64,000 nt of DNA from Parachlamydiales bacterium (lineage in GTDB: Bacteria; Chlamydiota; Chlamydiia; Chlamydiales; JAJFMK01): the NCBI GenBank assembly GCA_963765145.1, contig CAVXVG010000026.1, forward strand, positions 192,001 through 256,000. Direction: 5' to 3'. The position numbers and the translations under genes were made by a program. Positions 10,628-19,500 of this stretch are shown here, in pieces; the stretch's first letter is position 1; each line of letters opens with the position of its first letter. The notes beneath the pieces are model-generated. The model was given only the letters and a program-made list of their open reading frames with translations, was not told where the DNA came from and made no database searches.

Positions 10628-11066
10628 CCCTTGCCCTTGCCCTTGCCCGAAAAAAAAATGGATCATGAAAAATTGACTGTGTACCAGACGGCAATAGAAT
10701 TTGTCGTTCTTGCTAACGAAATATCAGAGCATTTTCCGAGAGGAAGAGCGTATTTTACAGATCAACTTCAGCGTGCTGCTCTCTCAGTGCCATTAAATGT
10801 TGCAGAAGGAGCAGGGGAGTATGCAAATGATGAAAAAGCTCGGTTTTATCGGATGGCTAAGCGATCTGCTACCGAATGCGCTGGTATTTTAGATGTATGT
10901 CAGCGTCTGAAACTCATTGAAGAAAATTTATATCAAAAAGGGAAAGAGTTGCTGTTTGGAATAGTGTCTATGCTGGTCAAAATGGCTCAGAGGAGTAATT
11001 AATTGGGCGAAGGACAAGTTTTTTTAGGGCAAGGGCAAGGGCAAGGGCAGGGGCACGGGCAAGGGG
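10628..11066. mobile_element. Cassette: four-helix-bundle gene bracketed by inverted (CCCTTG)n/(CAAGGG)n tandem repeats
   Basis: Left arm cccttgcccttgcccttgcccgaaaaaaa (10628-10656) is the near-perfect reverse complement of tttttttagggcaagggcaagggcaaggg (11019-11047). It sits between phnP and hflX. Confidence 0.6.
10658..11002 (+). CDS. Four helix bundle protein (23S rRNA IVS protein / bAvd-like family)
   Basis: HEKLTVYQ.A, DQLQRAALSVPLNVAEGAG and RFYRMAKRSATEC match family signatures; ATG at 10658. Confidence 0.9.
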   Translation: MDHEKLTVYQTAIEFVVLANEISEHFPRGRAYFTDQLQRAALSVPLNVAEGAGEYANDEKARFYRMAKRSATECAGILDVCQRLKLIEENLYQKGKELLFGIVSMLVKMAQRSN

Positions 11067-12340
11067 TGAGTCGACCAAAAGCGATGATTCTGTCGTTTTT
11101 TCACCACTCCTACGAAAGGGAAGGTGCAAGCGATTATTTGGATGAACTTGCCCTTTTAACCGACACTTTCGGTATTGATGTGATCTACAAGGAGGCCATT
11201 TATCTTCGCGAGATCAATTCTGCTACCTACATCTCGAAGGGCAAATTAGCCGATCTGGTTGATTTGGTCGATGACGAATACGATGTCGATCTGGTCATTT
11301 TAGACGATGAGGTCAGCCCTGCCCAGCAGCGGAATTTAGAGAAAACTTTTAAGAAAAAAGTGATCGATCGGAACGAGGTCATCCTTGGGGTGTTTGGACA
11401 AAGGGCCAGAACCAAAGAGGCTAGACTTCAAATTGAATTGGCCGAAAAAACCTACCAATTCCCCAGATTGACCCGTCTTTGGACCCACTTATCTCGTCAG
11501 GCAGGTTCTGGAGGCTCCGGTTCAGGAGGAGGAGGCTACCAAAAGGGGGAGGGAGAAAAGCAGATCGAGCTAGACCGGCGCATCCTGAAAGATGAGATTG
11601 TCAAAATTAAACGAGAGTTGGACGAGGTCAAAGGGATACGCGAGGTTCAACGGAGAGATCGTAAGAGAAATGCGGTCCCGACTTTTGCCTTGGTAGGTTA
11701 TACCAATGCGGGCAAGTCGACCCTTTTAAACGCTATGACAGGCTCCGATGTCTATGTTGAAAATAAATTGTTTGCAACGCTTGATACTACCACCCGTCGG
11801 ATGTCTTTGCCAAACAACCAAGAAGTTTTGGCAATCGATACTGTCGGTTTCATCCGCAAGCTTCCCCATCTTCTAGTTGCAGCTTTCAAAAGCACACTCG
11901 AAGAATCTTTAGAGGCCGATATTTTGCTTCATGTGGTCGACATTAGCCACCCCATGGCAGAAGAACAGATCCTTACAACCGAGAAAGTACTGAAAGAGCT
12001 AGGCGCAGAAAACCGGCCAAGCTTGTATGTATTTAATAAAGTCGATGCTCTCGAAGATGAAAAAAAGCTGCAGCTTTTGAAGATCCAATTTCCGAAACAT
12101 GTTATAGTATCTGCTCTCACTAAAGAGGGGTTTGACGATCTCTATGCTTTTATGGAGCAAGAGATCAAAGCATTGCGGGAATACGTCACCTTCCGCATTC
12201 CTCAAAGTGATTTTAAAGTGGTCGCCGAGCTGATCCGTTTGGGCACCCTTTTAAAGCAGGAGTACGAGGAGAATGATGTGATTCTCCATATCGAACTTCC
12301 AAGAGCAGTTTCCGGAAAATATGAACTCTACAGAGTCTAA
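11066..12340 (+). CDS. hflX: GTPase HflX
   Basis: QQRNLEK, RARTKEARLQIELA, GEGEKQIELDRR, GYTNAGKST, DTVGF, NKVD. GTG at 11066 is the likely start; the upstream GQ repeat is translated repeat DNA. Confidence 0.96.
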   Translation: MSRPKAMILSFFHHSYEREGASDYLDELALLTDTFGIDVIYKEAIYLREINSATYISKGKLADLVDLVDDEYDVDLVILDDEVSPAQQRNLEKTFKKKVIDRNEVILGVFGQRARTKEARLQIELAEKTYQFPRLTRLWTHLSRQAGSGGSGSGGGGYQKGEGEKQIELDRRILKDEIVKIKRELDEVKGIREVQRRDRKRNAVPTFALVGYTNAGKSTLLNAMTGSDVYVENKLFATLDTTTRRMSLPNNQEVLAIDTVGFIRKLPHLLVAAFKSTLEESLEADILLHVVDISHPMAEEQILTTEKVLKELGAENRPSLYVFNKVDALEDEKKLQLLKIQFPKHVIVSALTKEGFDDLYAFMEQEIKALREYVTFRIPQSDFKVVAELIRLGTLLKQEYEENDVILHIELPRAVSGKYELYRV

Positions 12341-13556
12341 AACATTTAAAATCGTTACTCTAGGTTGCCGAACCAATCAATACGAGGCTGAAGGGTTTCG
12401 TCAGCAGATGCTCACCATCGGAATGGGTGAAGCAGAAAACGACGATGCGCCGGACGTTTGCGTAGTCAACACCTGCACTGTGACAGATGCGGCCGATAAA
12501 GAGAGTCGTTTGCAGGTCAGGCAGCTGGCGAAAAAATATCCCCATGCAAAAATTGCTGTGACCGGTTGCTCTGTAGATAATGATCCTGATGGATATGGGG
12601 CGATGAAAGGGGTCGAAGCAGTCAGACGCAACAACGAAAAAGAGGCGCTCCTTCTTCCACTTTTCCCGGAACTTGAGCATATTCCTTTTAAAATAGAGGG
12701 ATTTGATGGCCATACCCGCGCTTTTGTCAAAGTGCAAGATGGGTGCAACTCCTTCTGCACCTACTGCATCATTCCCTATACTCGTGGTCGCTCCAAGTCC
12801 CGTTCGATTCCGGAAGTACTTCAAGAGGTCGAAGGGTTAGTAGCCAACGGATACAAAGAGGTTGTCTTAACCGGTATTAACATTGGCGATTTTGATGGGG
12901 GGTTATCAGACCTTGTCAAAGCGGTCGATAAAGTCGATGGGCTTGAAAGGATCAGGATCTCTTCTATCGACCCGGATGAAGTGGACGAAACATTAATGAG
13001 AACTGTGCTAGAGGCAGAAAAAACTTGCCTATCGTTCCATTTAGTGCTCCAGTCTGGCTCAAACGTGGTTTTAAAGCGGATGAACCGGAAATATACACGG
13101 CAAATTTTTCTGGAGACTTGCCACCGTTTAAGAGAAGCTGCACCCGATTTTGAATTTACAACCGATGTGATAGTCGGATTTCCCGGAGAAACGGAAGAGG
13201 ACCACCAAGAGACATTGTCGGTGATCCATGAGGTGGGATTTGCCAAAGTCCATATGTTTCCTTTTAGCCCACGAAAAAGGACTCGGGCAGCCCTTTATCC
13301 CGATCAAATTGATCATGAAACGAAACAGAGAAGGAAAAAAGAGGTGCTCGATGCCTCGATTGCCTCCGGTTTTCGCCAAAGAGAGAAATATGTGGGCCGG
13401 GTCATGAAGGTGCTGGTTGAAGGGCAAGATGGCAAAGGACATACCGACAACTTTTTGCCTGTTCAAATAGAAGGACAGGTAGAAAGAAATGAGATGGTTG
13501 AGGTGCTCTTAACCGAAAACAGTGAAACACTATTGAAGGGGAAGAGAGTATGTTGA
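12321..13556 (+). CDS. mtaB: tRNA t6A37 methylthiotransferase MtaB
   Basis: TLGCRTNQYE, NTCTVT, radical-SAM CNSFCTYC, HMFPFSPR, TRAM-like C-terminus. Confidence 0.93.
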   Translation: MNSTESKTFKIVTLGCRTNQYEAEGFRQQMLTIGMGEAENDDAPDVCVVNTCTVTDAADKESRLQVRQLAKKYPHAKIAVTGCSVDNDPDGYGAMKGVEAVRRNNEKEALLLPLFPELEHIPFKIEGFDGHTRAFVKVQDGCNSFCTYCIIPYTRGRSKSRSIPEVLQEVEGLVANGYKEVVLTGINIGDFDGGLSDLVKAVDKVDGLERIRISSIDPDEVDETLMRTVLEAEKTCLSFHLVLQSGSNVVLKRMNRKYTRQIFLETCHRLREAAPDFEFTTDVIVGFPGETEEDHQETLSVIHEVGFAKVHMFPFSPRKRTRAALYPDQIDHETKQRRKKEVLDASIASGFRQREKYVGRVMKVLVEGQDGKGHTDNFLPVQIEGQVERNEMVEVLLTENSETLLKGKRVC

Positions 13557-14470
13557 GGCAAATTTCAATCAGAGAACGGTTTTTTCCTTTTTCCCACACA
13601 CCAGGCGTGAAAGTGTTATTGCCGGGCACATCCCTTTGTTTGCAGGTGTATCCCACAACTGTTTCTTGCTTCGACCTGGAAGGGACTCAAAAGGATGCCT
13701 TTTCACTACCGCTTGAGGGGGCTATTTCCGACTTCACTGTTGTTCAAGACTTGGAGCAGGGCGCCATTTTAATTTTTGGTAAGGATCAAAAAGGTTTTTT
13801 TCGGTTTCGCTGCACAAGAGATCTAGAGTTTAAGCAGGAAAAAGGAGGGGCATTTCACCGCACCCTTTTCAAGCCGGAAGTGTTTTTTCAAGCTCCTAGT
13901 GCCATTGAAAGGTTGTTGCACACCTCTTTACAGAAAAGAAGTGTAGAAAGGCTGGTAGAAAAGCAGGATTGGGTGCAATTGCTGCAACCTTTGTATCGGC
14001 TGATGCAATGGTACGAACCGTTAACATTGGACATGCCGCTTGCCTTAGATGCTTACATTTTAGGGGGCTTTGAAGGGCTACTAGTTCCAACAGGGCAAGA
14101 TACCAAAAAAATGGGTGTCCCTTTTTCCTTTCCTTCTCCTATTCAATTTTTAAGAGCTCTTCGAAACAAAGTAACCTCTTTGTTTGTAGAAGAAAACAAT
14201 GAGGAGTTGGTCTTATGCCCTCATATCCCTCAAGAAATGCCTGCAGGCAGAGTCAAAGGGGTTAAAATAGGCGACTACTCCCTAGATATCGAATGGAGGA
14301 AAAAGATGCCGCGAAGGGTTCAACTTTCAGCATCAAAAGAAAAAACCTTCCATCTAGCTTCAAAAGGGCTAGCATCCGTTCGGTTGGATAAAACCCAACA
14401 GTCCCTCACTCACGCCATTGAGATTGCTCCCCCAAAGCCCCTCTTCTTCGACCGCTTCCAAAAAACCTAG
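13550..14470 (+). CDS. Conserved chlamydial hypothetical protein
   Basis: 306-aa ORF overlapping mtaB; RERFFPFSHTPG N-terminus and FDRFQK C-terminus recall a chlamydial hypothetical family; function unknown. Confidence 0.75.
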   Translation: MLRQISIRERFFPFSHTPGVKVLLPGTSLCLQVYPTTVSCFDLEGTQKDAFSLPLEGAISDFTVVQDLEQGAILIFGKDQKGFFRFRCTRDLEFKQEKGGAFHRTLFKPEVFFQAPSAIERLLHTSLQKRSVERLVEKQDWVQLLQPLYRLMQWYEPLTLDMPLALDAYILGGFEGLLVPTGQDTKKMGVPFSFPSPIQFLRALRNKVTSLFVEENNEELVLCPHIPQEMPAGRVKGVKIGDYSLDIEWRKKMPRRVQLSASKEKTFHLASKGLASVRLDKTQQSLTHAIEIAPPKPLFFDRFQKT

Positions 14471-14642
14471 ATGTGAATGGCTTGTCATCGCAGATCGCAG
14501 ACCTTGTTTTTTAATCCTATGAATTTCAAAGCTATCTTCTTTAAAAAAGAAATCAGAGATGTTTTCTATTTAACCATAGTCTGTATCTATGATGACAATT
14601 TGCATTTTGAATGCAGTAAAAAGGCATGTGGAGTTTTATAAT

Positions 14643-15938
14643 ATGAGTGGTTTTGGCATAGGCAGATTCGGCGGATACTCGACACCATCCCGTATTTATC
14701 AAGCTGTCGTCCCAGCAAATAGCGAAATGCAGCTTTATGAATCTCCTAGAGGACAATTTAGAGTAACGCGATTGTCTCAAACTGACGTGTTTGACGCCAT
14801 TCGCTTTGATCCTGTCGATGAAGGGCACTTAAACGGGCTTAATGATAAATCTCTAAGGGTTTTAGCACCCTTTGCTCAATCTGTTGGAATGATGTCTTAC
14901 GGCAATAAGCAAATGGGAAGTTGTTCTTTAATCGCTCCCAATTTAGCGATCATAGCTTGCCACTGCATTGAAGGGAGAGATGTTAGAAACCTTGATGCTA
15001 AGTTTGGGTTTGTTTTTGATGGAGAGATGCAGGTAACACATCTCGGTACTGAGTTCAAAGTCTTGCAGGTTTTAGAGCACGATCCGAGTTTGGATTATGC
15101 CATCGTAGAGCTTGAAGGAACGCCCGGTTTGCAATATGGACATTTGCGGATAGATCCAAGCGAAGAAATTAATGGTGAACCTGCCTTACTACATCATCCC
15201 TTAGGTAAATCGCTAAAACTTTCTATCCATAAAGTCGTGACATCGCAATTTGAGGCGACTTTTACAAGCACTTATCACGATTCAGACTATGGCTCATCTG
15301 GTGGGGCCTATCTCAGTCCCTCAGGCAACTTTGTCGCGCTGCACCTCGGCTCTGTAAGAGACCAATTTGACATGAACCTTGAGAGATTAGCCCTGCCTAT
15401 CCAGAAAATCTTACAAAAACAGCCAAATAGTCTATTAGCCTATTGCGCCATGCATCGCCTTACCAATGCAGTGATTGAATCAATTGCGCAGCCAACCTAT
15501 TTCGTCCCCGACTTTCTGCGTGATCTTCATTTTATCGATCATGAAAAATTCGATAGATCAAAATTAAGAGATGCTGACTATCTTCTTAGGCCTGCCACAA
15601 ATGAGTTGCCAGCTGTTGTAATAGATTCTCACCAGATGAAACATTCTCCTAGTTGGCCGGGAGATTACCATGGAAAGAAAGGAACGCAGTTTAATCAGGA
15701 CATGATAGGCCTGGATGAGGCTGTAGAACTTGCTGAAAAAATCGTTGAAGCTATGCCTCTGTTCAAAACAAGGCCCAAGGTGAACACAATTCTTAATATG
15801 ACTCACTGGCTTTTAGATAAAAAAGCCCTTGGAAATGAGTTATATAAAAAGTTGAAAGGGCACAATGAGATTGTGCTTGTAGACCCTGCTTTCAAGGTGG
15901 AGACCGACACTTGGAACATACACTTTTATCCTAAATAG
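14643..15938 (+). CDS. Trypsin-like serine protease with additional C-terminal domain
   Basis: Catalytic triad motifs IIACHCI (His), LDYAIV (Asp), DSDYGSSGG (Ser); ~150 extra C-terminal residues; ATG at 14643 preferred. Confidence 0.85.
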   Translation: MSGFGIGRFGGYSTPSRIYQAVVPANSEMQLYESPRGQFRVTRLSQTDVFDAIRFDPVDEGHLNGLNDKSLRVLAPFAQSVGMMSYGNKQMGSCSLIAPNLAIIACHCIEGRDVRNLDAKFGFVFDGEMQVTHLGTEFKVLQVLEHDPSLDYAIVELEGTPGLQYGHLRIDPSEEINGEPALLHHPLGKSLKLSIHKVVTSQFEATFTSTYHDSDYGSSGGAYLSPSGNFVALHLGSVRDQFDMNLERLALPIQKILQKQPNSLLAYCAMHRLTNAVIESIAQPTYFVPDFLRDLHFIDHEKFDRSKLRDADYLLRPATNELPAVVIDSHQMKHSPSWPGDYHGKKGTQFNQDMIGLDEAVELAEKIVEAMPLFKTRPKVNTILNMTHWLLDKKALGNELYKKLKGHNEIVLVDPAFKVETDTWNIHFYPK

Positions 15939-16017
15939 TTGATGATTCATCGCCTAAATGGCGCGAATTCGATGGAATTTACTGATCAGTAGACAGAATC
16001 TGAATGGAACTGCCGCT

Positions 16018-16190
16018 TGCTTTAGCGCTAAACAGCCTTGTTGCATAATTAGCCAATCCAGGCAGTGAGATCTCGAGGGAAATTTGAGGTTGTGAAAAAT
16101 AAATAAACGCTCGAAGGGGGTTTTAGCGCTATCCTACCTGAATTTTATCGAACTCGCTGCGAACAAACAAGGCCGTTTAGTACTCCAAAC
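16018..16190. repeat. Degenerate inverted-repeat element related to 34811-34892
   Basis: agcgctaaacagccttgtt ... aacaaggccgtttagtact form imperfect arms; the gtttagYRctccaaac end is shared with 34875-34890 and partly with 37255-37281. Confidence 0.5.
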
Positions 16191-16196
16191 TGCAGG

Positions 16197-16278
16197 CTAG
16201 AAGGTGGCTTGGAGGCCGGCGCTTAAGAAGAAGTTGGAGGCATTTCTCCAGACGTCACCGCCGTATTCAGCCCACAGC
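16197..16278 (-). pseudogene. Orphan 3' fragment of an autotransporter gene
   Basis: 82 bp matching 31875-31956 with 5 mismatches; encodes LWAEYGGDVWRNASNFFLSAGLQATF*. Confidence 0.85.
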
Positions 16279-16283
16279 TCTAA

Positions 16284-16375
16284 ACATAGGTCCGAAGGAC
16301 CGCAATATGAAAGCCCTGACCGATAGGTCAGGGTAAAGGAATAAAATATCATTTGGAGCCCTGAAGGGGCGACAT
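16284..16375. repeat. REP-like multi-hairpin element
   Basis: ggtcc-gaa-ggacc, ccctgacc-gata-ggtcaggg and gccc-tgaag-gggc hairpins; partial reverse-complement copy at 31811-31840. Confidence 0.65.
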
Positions 16376-16528
16376 ATCCTTTTACGCAAAATTGCGTTTA
16401 CCTTAAATGACTGATAATTCAATATATTCGACATTCGCACAAAGTCACTTTTGGGTCTCACTGTTGTTGGTGGCACCTAGATCTCAAGGTGCTATAAATG
16501 CTCGTTTAATAAAGGTAGATTGAAATAA

Positions 16529-19500
16529 ATGGAACCCAAGCACTTAAAAACAAAAAAGTTTGTTGACTCAGGACTTTTTCGCAAGCTCAATAATTTTAAC
16601 CAGCTAGAAAATAGAATATCAAAATTACCAGATCATGAACGCGGGGATGCATTTGAAGTCTTTGCTGAAGCATATTTCGTAACCCAAAAAATATCTCAAG
16701 CTGCTGAAGTGTGGCCCGATAAAGAAATTCCAATAAGCCTACGCGATACCCTGGGGCTGTTTAAAAAGGACATGGGCGCCGATGGGATTATCCGTACAAA
16801 GGAAGATCACTATCATGCTTATCAAGTTAAATTTCGCTCTAATCGCACAAGTTTGACTTGGGAAGAACTTTCTACTTTTATGGGGATAAGTGATCGCGTT
16901 CATAAGCGCGTACTTTTTACGAATTCATGTGATCTTCCGGCCTTAATGCAAGATCGAACGGATTTCTATGCGATAAAAGGTAATGACTTAGATGCTCTTA
17001 CGGAGGAAGACTTTCAGTGTATTGAAGAATGGCTCAAGAGCGGAACTATTGTATTTCAAAGAAAGACGCCTTTTCCATACCAAGAAGAAGCTCTTGCAAC
17101 CATTATTTCTACATTTAAAGCTAATAACCGCACTACAGCCGTAATGGCCTGTGGAACAGGAAAAACGCTGATTTCTCTTTGGCTAGCAGAAAGAATGAAT
17201 GTTAACTCCATCGTCGTTCTAGTCCCCTCCCTTTCTTTGATAAGACAAATGCTACACGAGTGGATGAAGGAAACGGTTTGGCAAGATTATTCATTCCTTT
17301 GTGTTTGTTCGGATAAAAGTGTGGCCAATGGAATAGATGAAATTGTACTGCATCAAACAGATCTAGATTTTCCAGTGACGACATCAAGTGAAGACATTCA
17401 CTCATTCCTTCAAAACAAGACGTGCCAGCGCAAAATAATTTTCTCTACATACCATTCTTCCAGAGTCCTTGCTCAGGGATTACCAACTGGGCATTCATTT
17501 GATTTAGGAATATTCGATGAAGCTCATAAAACAACTGGAAGAGATGGGACGACTTTTGGATTCGCTTTAAAGAATGAAAATCTTCCTATTCAAAAACGCT
17601 TATTTCTCACTGCAACTCCACGACATTATGACATAAAGAAAAAAGATAAGGAGGGGAATCTCCGTCTTGTTTTTTCCATGGATAATTCCGAAATTTATGG
17701 GGCAATTTCTCATAAGCTTTCCTTTGCTTCTGCTGCTTCTAAGGGGATCATATGTCCCTATAAGATTGTCATTTCAATTGTGACGGATGAAACCATTACG
17801 AGAGATCTACTAAAGCGAGGGGAGGTCATTGTTAATGGCGACGTCATTAAGGCAAATCAAATTGCGCGGATTTTCGCTCTAAAGACAGCTATTGAGAAGT
17901 TCAACGTGAAGCAAATATTCACCTTCCATAGCTCTGTTGATTCAGCAAAGTCATTCACTTCTAGATCAGAAGAAGGAACTGGGGCCTACCTCGATAATTT
18001 TAGTACGTATCACGTAAATGGTGGAATGTCAACCAGCGCACGTGAAAAGATCATGCGCGAATTTGAACAAGCTCCTCAAGCCATTATATCAAATGCAAGG
18101 TGTCTTACTGAAGGCGTAAACGTACCTGCTGTGGATACGGTTGTGTTTATGTCTCCTAAAAAAAGCAGAGTAGATATTGTTCAAGCTGCCGGCAGAGCTA
18201 TGCGTAAAGCAGGCGGCAAACAATTCGGCTATATATTACTGCCTATTCACCTACACACAGCTAAGGATGAAAATCTTGAAAGCGCATTAGAGAGCACTCA
18301 ATTTGAAGAGGTTTGGGATGTTTTAGAAGCCATGTTGGAACAGGATCAAGACCTGGCTGAAATCATCCAACAAATGCGCGAAGACATCGGCAGAAAAGGG
18401 GGATTTGATGACAGCCGATTAAGAGAGCGCCTGGAGTTTATAGGTCCTGAACTCGAAATAAACTTTCTGCGTCAAACTATAACGACTGCTATTGTTGATA
18501 AACTTAGCTCCAGCTGGGATGAGCGCTATGGTGAACTTGTGCGGTTTAGTGAGATATACGGACACTGTAATGTTCCCGACGCGTTTTCAGAAAATCCTAA
18601 ACTTCACTCTTGGGTTGGTACCCAAAGATTATTTTTCAAAAGAAACAAATTATCAAAAGATAAAATTGAAAAACTGAATAAAATTGGTTTTGTTTGGAAT
18701 CCTTTTGATGCAGCATGGCACGAAATGTTCAATGCTCTATACGAGTTTAAACAAAACACAGGTCATCTAGACGTCTGGATGGCCCCTGTTCGGAATGAAC
18801 GTCTATGTACGTGGGCGCAAAAACAGCGACAAAACTACAGCAAAAACAAACTTGCTTTCAATTATATCAAGAAGCTCGAAGAGATTGACTTTGTCTGGAA
18901 CCCACTTATTGTAGCTTGGGAGGAGATGTTTTTGGAGCTTAGCAAATTCAAGCAAGAATATGGGCACTGTAACGTAAAACAAAAACATCCACCAAACCAA
19001 CAACTTGCTACTTGGGTGAATACTCAACGTGACCAATACAAAGAAGGAAAATGCTTGCCAGAGCGTATTAAAAGGCTTGAGGATCTGGGATTTGTGTGGG
19101 ATACAAATATTGCAGCATGGGAAAATATGTTTTCGGAGCTGTGCAAATTCGAAAACAAGCATGGACACTGTAACGTCCCAAGAGGACATCATGAAAATCC
19201 TCGACTTGCTACTTGGGTAACAACGCAACGCTCTGACTATAAAGATGGCAGGATTACTTCACAACGTAGAGAGAGGCTTGAAAAAATTGGATTCGAGTGG
19301 AATACAAATGAGAGCGCCTGGGAAAAAATGTATGCCGCTCTAATACAATTTAAACAAGATATTGGGCACTGTAACGTCCCGCCTAAATACAAAAACAAGC
19401 AGTTAGGTTCATGGGTTGTACATCAAAGAGAAGCATTCAGACAAAGCACGCTAGACAGCCAAAGAGTTAGTCGTTTAGAAGAACTTGGATTTATATTCGA

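Noticed and set aside
10631..10657. MPLPLPEKK extension of the four-helix protein
   Set aside because: Translation of the left repeat arm; ATG at 10658 matches the family start.
11003..11065. GQGQGQ N-terminal extension of HflX
   Set aside because: It is the translation of the (GGGCAA)n repeat arm; GTG at 11066 is the more plausible start.
10628..11066. Diversity-generating retroelement (because of the Avd-like gene)
   Set aside because: No reverse transcriptase and no TR/VR pair with adenine-specific mismatches was seen in the window.
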